The position numbers were made by a program, and so were the translations under genes. The notes beneath the pieces were generated by a model, which had not been told where the DNA came from, ran no database searches, and saw only the letters and a list, made by a program, of their open reading frames with translations. Shown here piece after piece: positions 9,929 through 17,858 of a stretch of DNA of 64,000 nt (position 1 is the stretch's first letter; every line of letters starts with the position of its first letter). The stretch is from IMG/VR virus record IMGVR_UViG_3300035676_000001, one strand, 5' to 3'. Source of the DNA: a virus (lineage: Duplodnaviria; Caudoviricetes).

Positions 9929-10140
9929 GCCACTTCAACAGATTCCAGGTCGTGTGCTACATATTCCATTAGCATTTCGTAGTCATCCAGAGGGTCTCCA
10001 GAAAATACTACACCTTCGTTCTCATAGAAGCGACGAACCTTTTTATAAAGTTTCGGATTCTTTACATCAAGGTAGAATTCACCGTTAGCAGCAGAGCGTA
10101 GAGTGCTAACATCTTTCTTGAATTTTGCGGTCAGAGACAT
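9925..10140 (-). CDS. hypothetical protein
   Basis: 71 aa ORF downstream of a TTGACT-17-TATAAT promoter. Confidence 0.65.
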   Translation of the reverse strand: MSLTAKFKKDVSTLRSAANGEFYLDVKNPKLYKKVRRFYENEGVVFSGDPLDDYEMLMEYVAHDLESVEVA

Positions 10141-10163
10141 TGTTTTGAATTGTTTGCTCTAGT

Positions 10164-10192
10164 ATTATAAGGTGTTGGGTTTGTTTAGTCAA
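10164..10192 (-). promoter_or_regulatory. sigma70-type early promoter
   Basis: TTGACT (10187-10192)-17 nt-TATAAT (10164-10169). Confidence 0.7.
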
Positions 10193-10217
10193 GTGGTCCA
10201 GATTAGAAACTGGACAG

Positions 10218-10293
10218 TCGGAGTATTCGGATTTGAACCGAAATTATTCCTGCTCCCAAAGCAGGTGCCATGACCAAGTTAGGCGATACTCCG
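10218..10293 (-). tRNA. tRNA-Pro(UGG)
   Basis: Acceptor CGGAGTA/TACTCCG; anticodon arm CCTGC-TTTGGGA-GCAGG; TTCAAAT T-loop. Confidence 0.9.
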
Positions 10294-10299
10294 TTACCG

Positions 10300-10416
10300 T
10301 TATTTATTTCGGTGTATAAGCATTATACCCATAATTGGAGCAATCGTCAAGCCCAACCCACAAAGACCCAACCAAACTGGACTATTCGCAAGTGCCTCTA
10401 CAATATGAAAAATCAT
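10300..10416 (-). CDS. 38-aa membrane peptide (below ORF-track cutoff)
   Basis: MIFHIVEALANSPVWLGLCGLGLTIAPIMGIMLIHRNK; ATGA-coupled. Confidence 0.55.
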   Translation of the reverse strand: MIFHIVEALANSPVWLGLCGLGLTIAPIMGIMLIHRNK

Positions 10417-10502
10417 TGTGGATATGCGTTATTGAGTGCCCAAATAATGAATAGTCCGATTATACCAAATATAGTCATTGCTGCAAAAATCGTGTTAGTC
10501 AT
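10413..10502 (-). CDS. 29-aa membrane peptide (below ORF-track cutoff)
   Basis: MTNTIFAAMTIFGIIGLFIIWALNNAYPQ; overlaps the upstream stop region. Confidence 0.5.
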   Translation of the reverse strand: MTNTIFAAMTIFGIIGLFIIWALNNAYPQ

Positions 10503-10785
10503 CTTCTTCGTCCTCATAAGTTGAAGGTTCTTCAAATAATTCGTCTATCTTCTGTTGTAAAACTCTTTTTTGGAGTTCTTGTAAATCTTTTTCTGTAAAT
10601 CTTACCACTAGTAGAGGGTCTCCTGCCTTAACGCCATTTAATTCTGGATGTTTAACTTTTGGACTTTTTGAATACCCGTAACGAGCATTCATTAGCATCC
10701 AACCTTGAATAAACATTGATAGTGCAATGCCTACAAGAACAAACCAAGGAACTAAAAAGATTAGTTCAGAGTGATTTTGAGCCAC
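10495..10785 (-). CDS. membrane-anchored hypothetical, DUF2973-like
   Basis: GTG start at 10785; TM segment followed by KHPEL..V..GDPLLVVRF. Confidence 0.55.
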   Translation of the reverse strand: MAQNHSELIFLVPWFVLVGIALSMFIQGWMLMNARYGYSKSPKVKHPELNGVKAGDPLLVVRFTEKDLQELQKRVLQQKIDELFEEPSTYEDEEDD

Positions 10786-10952
10786 GGTAATAGGGGTGGA
10801 ATGACCCCAATAAGTCGTAGAAGTCCTTCTGCAAATAATGCGAGAACTACCCAACCGACACACATACTGATGATAGAAGCATTACGATTGTGTCGTCGTA
10901 TTGCTGCTGCGATGGATTCATCAATCATCGACTGAACTTCTTCCTTATCCAT
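10761..10952 (-). CDS. small membrane protein
   Basis: MDKEEVQSMIDESI..RRHNRNASIISM..TM; start ATG 10952. Confidence 0.6.
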   Translation of the reverse strand: MDKEEVQSMIDESIAAAIRRHNRNASIISMCVGWVVLALFAEGLLRLIGVIPPLLPWLKITLN

Positions 10953-11136
10953 AGGTAGTAAATTTATGGAACTCATTACGAATCATTCTATCAAGTTCAT
11001 CCAAGTCTTCTGGTAAAATCCAGTTTTCTTTAATGATTTTATCAGCAAATCTGTAAGAATCAGTAGCAATCTGAATTTTTAATCTAGAAAATGAACTGAG
11101 AATAAACGCTCTCTTTTGAAAGTGTTCGTCTTTCAT
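10945..11136 (-). CDS. hypothetical protein
   Basis: 63 aa coupled ORF. Confidence 0.5.
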   Translation of the reverse strand: MKDEHFQKRAFILSSFSRLKIQIATDSYRFADKIIKENWILPEDLDELDRMIRNEFHKFTTYG

Positions 11137-11282
11137 TTTTCATCACCAAGAAACTTCGCCAGAGGGTCTCTCCTCGTTTTAGCAATTTCAACTGCTCTCT
11201 TGTAAAACATATTATCTGTATTACCAGAGGCTTCAAAAGTCTCCTTGATCTTCACCCAATTGTCGTAGGTGTGCTGATCCAT
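11133..11282 (-). CDS. hypothetical protein
   Basis: MDQHTYDNWVKIKETFEASGNTDNMFYKRA; start ATG 11282. Confidence 0.6.
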   Translation of the reverse strand: MDQHTYDNWVKIKETFEASGNTDNMFYKRAVEIAKTRRDPLAKFLGDEK

Positions 11283-11371
11283 AGGGGTTTTAGGTTGAAT
11301 ACTACTAGTTATGCTAGCGAGTAGTTTCAACCTGTCAACTGTGTGTGGGTTTGGTGATAGTGTTTAAGAGA

Positions 11372-11632
11372 TTATAAAGAAGGTGTATCGCTTGATACTT
11401 CTAACGATGCTTGATAAGCAGAAATGACTTCTGGTGTCCAGGTTGCTTCTGCGATTGCTACGACTCTTGGGTCTTCGTTTGTGAGGTCATCACCAGGTGA
11501 TAGAACGTGACGGTGATAAGTTGCTGCAACTTCTACACCATCTTTAAGAATTTGGTCTCTTCTACGAACTTGTATTTGTCCTAGTAGTAGAACTTCAATC
11601 TTATCTACGACTGATTTTTCTTCAAGTGCCAT
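11372..11632 (-). CDS. tail-fibre-associated small protein
   Basis: MALEEKSVVDKIEVL..QVR..HRHVLSPGDD..DPRVVAIA..WT; follows the fibre gene; late-promoter-like AATAAATA upstream. Confidence 0.65.
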   Translation of the reverse strand: MALEEKSVVDKIEVLLLGQIQVRRRDQILKDGVEVAATYHRHVLSPGDDLTNEDPRVVAIAEATWTPEVISAYQASLEVSSDTPSL

Positions 11633-11685
11633 TAGGATAATCCTCCGGATGAAACAGATTTAGGCTTAGATATTTATTAGATATT

Positions 11686-12636
11686 TCAAATTCTATAGAA
11701 TACTCCACCACTAATATCTGTTCCACCGCTACTACAATCAGTTAATGCTACGCTAGCAGCACTACCTCCAGATCTATTTTTAGCAAAATTAATAGTAGTA
11801 CCGCCCGAAGAAGCACTCATATCCAAATAGGTAAAACCAGTATATGTAATATTATCCTGTTGAGGAGTAGTTTTTGCTTGAACTATATTTGCCGCAGTGA
11901 AAGGCAATCCAGCTATTTGAACGCCTCCACTACCAGTTCCATTTGTAAATGTAAAAGTTGCTCTAAAAGAAACATAAACCATATTACCTATCTTAGTGTA
12001 ACTGCCAGTCTGAATTGAGTAACTAATACCAGTTGGAGCTCCACCAGAAGCGGTAAGTGTTGGTGTCCAAGTTCCTGTTTCATAATCACTCAAAACTTCA
12101 GAAGACATTGTTCCTGAACTATTAGCAGTCGCAGAGAAGTCTATACCATATCCACTACTCATTATAATATTTTGACTATTCATTGATAATGGTCTATCCA
12201 TCTGGATATTTCCAGAACTAGCATTATCACTAAATCTTAAGTTTGCTCCATTACCATAGATATCCCATTGTCCACTACTAGCGGCAGCATACATTCTTAC
12301 ATAAGCACCTGCTGTTGTGCTTTGACTTTTAAAATGATTGTTGATTAATGCTGGAGTCTCATATTTAAAAGCGGTCATTATTCCCGCAGTATTCACAAGA
12401 TTAAAGTTACCACTGGAATCTATACGAACTTTTTCTGTGTTATTGGTTCCCAGAGATAATACATTAGTCGCTGGAGAATACACAGAAGCACCAGTACCGA
12501 CTACAATACCTCCAGTAGCAGTAACAATACCAGTCGCATTTAAGTTTGTTACAGTAGGTAGTTCGGCACCACTGACAGTCAAACTCCCATCAATCGCTGT
12601 AATAGTATCAGTTTGCCCGTTTATCTGAATACCCAT
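11686..12636 (-). CDS. tail-fibre-like virion protein
   Basis: Gly/Ser/Thr-rich; EKVRIDSSGN and GIDFSAT..LSDYETGTWTPT fibre motifs; TATAAATA at 12658-12665. Confidence 0.75.
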   Translation of the reverse strand: MGIQINGQTDTITAIDGSLTVSGAELPTVTNLNATGIVTATGGIVVGTGASVYSPATNVLSLGTNNTEKVRIDSSGNFNLVNTAGIMTAFKYETPALINNHFKSQSTTAGAYVRMYAAASSGQWDIYGNGANLRFSDNASSGNIQMDRPLSMNSQNIIMSSGYGIDFSATANSSGTMSSEVLSDYETGTWTPTLTASGGAPTGISYSIQTGSYTKIGNMVYVSFRATFTFTNGTGSGGVQIAGLPFTAANIVQAKTTPQQDNITYTGFTYLDMSASSGGTTINFAKNRSGGSAASVALTDCSSGGTDISGGVFYRI

Positions 12637-12669
12637 TCGTCACAAAGACTTTTCTGGTATTTATAAGAA

Positions 12670-12756
12670 CGGAAGGTGGGAGAGTCGAACTCCCAAGGGC
12701 TTTAACACCTCAACGCTTTTCAAGAGCGGTTCCGTCGCCAATCGGATTGACCTTCC
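12670..12756 (-). tRNA. tRNA-Ser(UGA)
   Basis: GGAAGGT acceptor, CTTGAAA anticodon loop, long variable arm, GTTCGACTC. Confidence 0.9.
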
Positions 12757-12766
12757 AAATAAGTCC

Positions 12767-13024
12767 TCAGCGGACTTCGAAATCAAGACGCTTTACTTTA
12801 CGCTGGCGTCTTGCTTCTTGAAATGCAAGGTCTTCATTGGTAAGAACACCAGACCTTGAATTATTACTATAAGAGTTTAGCATAACAACCTTAGATAAGT
12901 CAATAGCTGAGATTCTATCTCCACGAACAGTCGCCATATTTGGACAACCACACGACACAGTTTTAGTAGGATGCCCCTCTAACTCCCTGTTACAGGAGCG
13001 GCATCTGATTTTTAAATTTTCCAT
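12767..13024 (-). CDS. hypothetical Cys-rich (Zn-ribbon-like) protein
   Basis: CRSC...CGCPN. Confidence 0.6.
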   Translation of the reverse strand: MENLKIRCRSCNRELEGHPTKTVSCGCPNMATVRGDRISAIDLSKVVMLNSYSNNSRSGVLTNEDLAFQEARRQRKVKRLDFEVR

Positions 13025-13033
13025 TGTCTTAAA

Positions 13034-13525
13034 TTACTCTTCTACCGTTTCTTCAATAACTTCAATTTGTTCGTCAACCTTTTGCGTTGGTTTATCTGAA
13101 AATGAACGCAACATCCATACAAACTTGCCGTGAGACTCCATCAAATCTTGGACCAGATTTGCGGTAGCATATGACTTTTGAGTTTCTGCTTCTTCTGAAA
13201 TCTTGGACATCATATCGCAGAACTCAATATTAGATTTCAATAAGTCTGAAATCATACCTTCAGCGTTTACTGAACTATTTCCTTCAGCAATACCAGACAC
13301 TTCAAGAACTCTCTTTAAGCTACTGAGAGGTTTAACATTCAAATATCTCATATGTTCTGAGAGACGGTCAATCTCTTCAAACATAGTCTCATACTGTCCA
13401 CCAAAAAGGGTATGAAGTTGTTGGAAATCTTCTCCTACAACATTCCAATGATAGACCCAAGTTTTATGAAAAAGGACAAAAAGAGACGCTTGTGCATCAC
13501 TCAATAGTTTAAATAACTTTTCCAT
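13034..13525 (-). CDS. dps: Dps/ferritin-like DNA-protection protein
   Basis: KTWVYHWNVVG.DF.QLH.LF..QY...FEEID.LSEH ferroxidase motif; TATAAATA at 13547-13554. Confidence 0.88.
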   Translation of the reverse strand: MEKLFKLLSDAQASLFVLFHKTWVYHWNVVGEDFQQLHTLFGGQYETMFEEIDRLSEHMRYLNVKPLSSLKRVLEVSGIAEGNSSVNAEGMISDLLKSNIEFCDMMSKISEEAETQKSYATANLVQDLMESHGKFVWMLRSFSDKPTQKVDEQIEVIEETVEE

Positions 13526-13549
13526 TATACCAATACTTTTTTCAAGTAT

Positions 13550-13984
13550 TTATAAAGTGGGCATTACAGTATGTTTGGGATGTTTGCATCCTCTTGAATA
13601 TCTTCCATTTCCAATATTTTTTGATCCAAAAGTTTCAGTTAATGAATGGCAGTTTGGACACAAAACTCTAAGATTACTTGAAGTATGATTAAATGGGTCA
13701 CCATCAATGTGGTCTATATGGAGTGGAACTTTTCCAGTATTAGAATTAATTTCCGACCAACCACATTCAGAACACTTACTATTAGATTGCTCTATCAAAT
13801 AATTTCTAACATATTGCGATAGTTGAAATCCATTTCCACCCAATTCTTTACCATTCAACCATCCAAATATATATTCTTTACTTCTATAATCAGAAGAACA
13901 TCTACAAGAGCAATATTTTCCAGATTTATTTGCTGGATTATATTTAAATTGCTTATTACAATTCAAACAATTTGAAATCGCCAT
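13550..13984 (-). CDS. HNH homing endonuclease next to tRNA-Val
   Basis: N-terminal CxxC..YCSxxC; CSECG..LHIDHIDGD..N..NLRVLCPNCH. Confidence 0.88.
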   Translation of the reverse strand: MAISNCLNCNKQFKYNPANKSGKYCSCRCSSDYRSKEYIFGWLNGKELGGNGFQLSQYVRNYLIEQSNSKCSECGWSEINSNTGKVPLHIDHIDGDPFNHTSSNLRVLCPNCHSLTETFGSKNIGNGRYSRGCKHPKHTVMPTL

Positions 13985-13986
13985 AG

Positions 13987-14027
13987 TAATGTAGAGTATT
14001 TTTTGTTATTTATACAACTCTACATTA
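13987..14027 (-). promoter_or_regulatory. 11-bp inverted repeat enclosing the late promoter TATAAATA, ending 2 nt before the HNH ATG
   Basis: TAATGTAGAGT-tgTATAAATAacaaaaaat-ACTCTACATTA-ct-ATG. Confidence 0.8.
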
Positions 14028-14037
14028 AAATTTAAAA

Positions 14038-14109
14038 TGGGCAATCGCAGATTCGAACTGCGGACTTTCTGAATGTAAATCAGACACTCTACCGCTGAGT
14101 TAATCGCCC
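14038..14109 (-). tRNA. tRNA-Val(UAC)
   Basis: GGGCGAT/ATTGCCC acceptor; TCTGA-TTTACAT-TCAGA anticodon arm. Confidence 0.9.
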
Positions 14110-14116
14110 GATAAAG

Positions 14117-14281
14117 TCAAGATTGACTTAACATATATTCTACAGTATTTGCTACATCGTTCATAGCATCACGAAGGTCTGGTCTTTGTCCAGACTCCAT
14201 TTTAATAATGGGTCGGTGGTCGTCAACCAAAGTCCAACGCCACTGTTTCATATCTTCACAATACCAGAGATTAATTTTCAT
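14117..14281 (-). CDS. 54-aa hypothetical (below ORF-track cutoff)
   Basis: MKINLWYCEDMKQWRWTLVDDHRPIIKMESGQRPDLRDAMNDVANTVEYMLSQS. Confidence 0.65.
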   Translation of the reverse strand: MKINLWYCEDMKQWRWTLVDDHRPIIKMESGQRPDLRDAMNDVANTVEYMLSQS

Positions 14282-14474
14282 TCTTTTGATATTCTAATTT
14301 AATCCAATTAAGAAGAGCATAAGTTTCTGGCAACTCTGCCTTACAATTTAGATAGTCAGTATCATCAAGCATTTCTTCTGCTTCATAATGCTCTATCTCA
14401 CTTGAGAGATAATCTGCATAATGTCTGAAAGCAGTGATAGCAAGTTGTCTATCTCGTTGGGAAATAAGAGACAT
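14271..14474 (-). CDS. hypothetical protein
   Basis: 67 aa; GGAGG SD and TTGACG-17-TATTAT promoter (14496-14524). Confidence 0.65.
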   Translation of the reverse strand: MSLISQRDRQLAITAFRHYADYLSSEIEHYEAEEMLDDTDYLNCKAELPETYALLNWIKLEYQKNEN

Positions 14475-14538
14475 AACCCTCCTAACTCGTTATCTATAAT
14501 ACACCAAAAAGGGGGTTTCGTCAACCCCCTTATGTATA

Positions 14539-15510
14539 TCAGTCTCCCAGACCAATCTGATTGACGGCAATTCGTGCCTTATTCAGAATAGAACCTGAAA
14601 GAGGTACATAACCCAAATCATCAGCAATCATCTGTGCCTTAGAACTGAGAGCATACTTCAGAGCATTTCTGACTGCCTCTGCCTTACCAGGGGCATAACC
14701 ACTCTTATAAGCAAGAATCCAGGTCAGAGTGGAGATAGGATATGCACGAGGATTGGAAGGATTGGGGTCTTCACCAGCAAGATTCTTATCCAGAACAATA
14801 CTGTTCAGAGCAGCGGCACCAGTCACAGCAGAAGGTCCGACGAACTTACCTGCCTTATTTTGAAGAACTGCTGCTTGGAGTTTATTCGAACGAACAAATC
14901 CAGTATTCACATAACCAATCGCACCAGGAGTGTTCTGGATTGTACCAGCAACACCTTCATTACCCTTTGCACCGACTCCAACAGGCCAATTGATGGATTT
15001 ACCGACACCAGCAGTCCAACCACCGAAGGCATCCAGAGAGTTCGTGAAAGCAAAAGTAGTACCAGAACCATCAGCACGATGAACCACACTAACTTTACCA
15101 GCAGCACAACCGACTTGTTTCCAGTCTTTAATACGACCAGCAAAGATATCGACAGTTTGCTTCTGAGTCAGTTTCAGTTTGCAACCAGGTTTGTTATAGG
15201 CAACAGCAATCGTTCCACCCACCATAGGAATCTGAACGACACCACGCTTTACTTTTGCTGCTTCTTTTGTCTTGATGGGTTCGTCGCTTGCTCCGAAGTC
15301 AACTGTGCCCGCAACAAATTGACGAACACCAGCACCAGAACCAACGGACTGATAATTAACCCTGTTCCCAGTAGTTCGTGCATAATCTTGGAACCATCGT
15401 TGATAGATTGGTGCGGGGAAGGTAGCACCAGCACCATTAAGAGTAGGTCCAGCAAGTGCAGAGGTAGGAGCAAGAGCAAGACCGATTGTAGCAATATGTT
15501 TGAGTTTCAT
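14539..15510 (-). CDS. pstS: phosphate ABC transporter substrate-binding protein
   Basis: Signal peptide; GAGATFPAPIY, NYQSVGSGAG, DFGASD, HRADGSGTT, GAKGNEGV and YPISTLTWIL. Confidence 0.96.
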   Translation of the reverse strand: MKLKHIATIGLALAPTSALAGPTLNGAGATFPAPIYQRWFQDYARTTGNRVNYQSVGSGAGVRQFVAGTVDFGASDEPIKTKEAAKVKRGVVQIPMVGGTIAVAYNKPGCKLKLTQKQTVDIFAGRIKDWKQVGCAAGKVSVVHRADGSGTTFAFTNSLDAFGGWTAGVGKSINWPVGVGAKGNEGVAGTIQNTPGAIGYVNTGFVRSNKLQAAVLQNKAGKFVGPSAVTGAAALNSIVLDKNLAGEDPNPSNPRAYPISTLTWILAYKSGYAPGKAEAVRNALKYALSSKAQMIADDLGYVPLSGSILNKARIAVNQIGLGD

Positions 15511-15596
15511 AAGAATTAAGAACTTCGTAAGTATTCTAAAATAGGAATAAAGTAAAGTCCACTAAGAATTGGTTAAGGTTTTGATTTCATAAAAAA

Positions 15597-15620
15597 CCAC
15601 CCCAAAAAGGGGTGGTTCCA
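15597..15620 (-). terminator. intrinsic terminator between the porin and pstS
   Basis: AACCACCCC-TTTTT-GGGGTGGTT followed by a T run. Confidence 0.7.
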
Positions 15621-15640
15621 CTCAACTTATGAGTAGTTTA

Positions 15641-17137
15641 TCAGAACCTGAACTGAGTCTGAATCACACCACCGTAGTTAGAAGAAGCATTCTTGAAACC
15701 TTGGTTGTTAGACACATAGAACACAGAAGGAGTGATGCTGATGTTATCGCTAACCTTGTAACGATAGAAGGTTTCCCACATCACAGCATCCTTGGTCAGG
15801 GAAGCAGCGTTACCAGGAGCACCGATGGCGAATCCAGCGGCATTACCCTTGGCGAACACGTCTGCCCACTGAAGACCAGCAAACCAAGTGGTAGAGTTAG
15901 TAGCACCAGTAGGAGTGCTACGACCAGCAGCATTCTTGCTCACTTCGTTCCAACCATAAGCACCAGAGATGGAAGGAACAATACCTGCCTTCTTAGGTTG
16001 CCAGTATGCGTTCAGAGCATAGTTGTTAGAGGTTTGTCCTGCAACAAGAGAACCAGAACCACCGTTCACAGCGTTAAAGTTGCGAACACGAGTTCCTTCA
16101 GTACCATAACGGTAACCGAATGCAGCACCGAACTGAGGAGCACGGTAACCGACCTGAGCAAGCAGGTTCAGAGCACCAGTCTCATCAAATTGACCCTTGG
16201 TAGAATCAGAACCGTTCTGAGCAACATAGTTCACACCAGCAACGAAACCACCCTTACCTTTCTTAACAGGTTGTGCCCACTGAGCACCGAAACCAGAACC
16301 CGTTGCCTTGTTGTAGACACCAGGAGCACCAGCAACTTGGAAGAAGTCAAGAATGTCCGACTTGTATGCAGAAGGAACCCATGCCATTTCGGTGTTACGA
16401 ACGATAGCACCAGCAGTCAGAGTTACGCCCTTTGCAAGACCAGGGAACTGGTAGTACAGACGGTCAAGTTTCACAGCATCAGCATAAGATTCTGCCTTGT
16501 CCAGTTTGAACAGTGAGGAAGAAGAACCAAAGGGTTGACTGGAGAAGTTACCCGAACGCAGACGAGTGCGGAGAAGGTCCTTACCAGTGAAGGAAGTATC
16601 GAAGTTCAGACGAACATCATAGTTGAATGCAGTATTACCAACATTAGTATTGTTAGCAAGACGAGCACCTTCTACACCACCAAGAACGAAGGTTGCTTCA
16701 CCACGCAGTTTGGTGGTAGTGGAGAACTGGGTTGCTTCCAGTTGTCCGACCTTGCTTTCAAGGTTGGTAACACGACCACGAAGAACGGCGAGTTCACCAG
16801 CAAATTCCTTTTGAAGGCGGCGGAGTTCATCGGTAACTTCCGTCACACGGTCAAGGCAAGCATTGAGAAGAGCAGCGGCTTCGTAACGAGTCATTGCCTT
16901 AGAACCACCAAAGGTGCCGTTAGGATAACCAGCAACGCAACCATAGTTTTCTACAAGGTTTGCGAGTGCCTGATATGCCCAATCACCAGGTTGAACATCT
17001 GTAAATTGGGAAACACTTGTAACCTGTTCATTGGAATATTGATTGACTGCTGCAATGTTAAGGTCTGCGGCATTTGCAACAGCAGGAGCAATCATACCAA
17101 GAGCAACAGGTGCAAGCATCAGTTGTTTGATTTTCAT
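15641..17137 (-). CDS. som: cyanobacterial Som/OprB-type outer-membrane porin with SLH domain
   Basis: Signal peptide; FTDVQPGDWAYQAL..LVENYGCVAGYPNGTF (SLH), TRYEAAALLNACL, FSTTTKLRG, C-terminal QFRF; start ATG 17137. Confidence 0.92.
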   Translation of the reverse strand: MKIKQLMLAPVALGMIAPAVANAADLNIAAVNQYSNEQVTSVSQFTDVQPGDWAYQALANLVENYGCVAGYPNGTFGGSKAMTRYEAAALLNACLDRVTEVTDELRRLQKEFAGELAVLRGRVTNLESKVGQLEATQFSTTTKLRGEATFVLGGVEGARLANNTNVGNTAFNYDVRLNFDTSFTGKDLLRTRLRSGNFSSQPFGSSSSLFKLDKAESYADAVKLDRLYYQFPGLAKGVTLTAGAIVRNTEMAWVPSAYKSDILDFFQVAGAPGVYNKATGSGFGAQWAQPVKKGKGGFVAGVNYVAQNGSDSTKGQFDETGALNLLAQVGYRAPQFGAAFGYRYGTEGTRVRNFNAVNGGSGSLVAGQTSNNYALNAYWQPKKAGIVPSISGAYGWNEVSKNAAGRSTPTGATNSTTWFAGLQWADVFAKGNAAGFAIGAPGNAASLTKDAVMWETFYRYKVSDNISITPSVFYVSNNQGFKNASSNYGGVIQTQFRF

Positions 17138-17212
17138 AAAAGATTTGTGTTTTGTACTAAACGACAATGTAAAGATTTCCTACAGAAGAGAAAACCTTCG
17201 TATATAGGGGAA

Positions 17213-17313
17213 CTTAACCGAATCTTAAGAAACTATTAAGTTGGGAGTATCATAGCACAACAGTATCGGTTGTGTCAATTAAGATACGGTTAAGACTTTT
17301 TACGGATAGTTAA
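17213..17313 (-). promoter_or_regulatory. porin promoter with Pho-box-like TTAA repeats
   Basis: TTGACA (17273-17278)-18 nt-TATGAT (17249-17254); TTAA at 17310, 17290 and 17279 upstream, and at 17236, 17225 and 17214 (11-bp period) downstream. Confidence 0.6.
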
Positions 17314-17316
17314 GAA

Positions 17317-17388
17317 AGCGGCTGACCCGATTCGAACGGGCGACATCCAACTTGGAAGGATGGCGTTCTACCACTGAACTACAACCGC
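17317..17388 (-). tRNA. tRNA-Gly(UCC)
   Basis: GCGGTTG acceptor; CTTCCAA anticodon loop. Confidence 0.9.
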
Positions 17389-17390
17389 AA

Positions 17391-17459
17391 TGTGGAGGAT
17401 TTACCCAGCCTCAGAGTTTCCTCTTCATAGGCACGGAACCTCCGGCACTTCCTTCACAC
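17391..17459 (-). ncRNA. candidate small structured RNA preceding tRNA-Gly
   Basis: Closing stem TGTG.AGGA/TCCT.CACA, GAAA-capped AGAG/CTCT hairpin; own TTGACA-17-TATACT promoter (17466-17494). Confidence 0.5.
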
Positions 17460-17495
17460 AAGAGAAGTATAGGACATAATGAGTATTATGTCAAG

Positions 17496-17568
17496 AGCCC
17501 CCGACAAGATTCGAACTTGCGACAAATGGTTTACAAAACCATTGCTCTACCAACTGAGCTACAAGGGC
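17496..17568 (-). tRNA. tRNA-Thr(UGU)
   Basis: GCCCTTG acceptor; ATGGT-TTTGTAA-ACCAT. Confidence 0.92.
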
Positions 17569-17570
17569 AA

Positions 17571-17642
17571 CTGGGGTGACTGGATTCGAACCAGTAACCT
17601 GCGAGTTAACAGCTCGACGCACTGCCGTTGTGCTACACCCCA
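17571..17642 (-). tRNA. tRNA-Asn(GUU)
   Basis: TGGGGTG/CACCCCA acceptor; CTGTTAA loop. Confidence 0.9.
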
Positions 17643-17679
17643 TTGTTTATTCAGTTAAACTTGGAGAATAAATCTCCAA

Positions 17680-17753
<74 letters not shown>

Positions 17754-17755
17754 AT

Positions 17756-17823
17756 AAGTAGGTTCCTATCGCCGCCACTCCTGAACCTACCGAAGGGGAG
17801 TACCGCAGTTGATTTCTCAACTC
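17756..17823 (-). ncRNA. candidate pseudoknotted small RNA preceding tRNA-Arg
   Basis: AGTTGA-GAAA-TCAACT hairpin; ACTCC/GGAGT and GTAGGTTC/GAACCTAC interlocked stems; TTGACG-17-TATAAT promoter (17828-17856). Confidence 0.55.
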
Positions 17824-17858
17824 TGATATTATACCAGTCCTTGAGAAAGTCGTCAAGG

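Noticed and set aside
14860-16516. Long plus-strand ORFs (219 aa, 295 aa) opposite pstS and the porin
   Set aside because: Ser/Thr-rich antisense frames typical of biased host-like codon usage; no independent evidence
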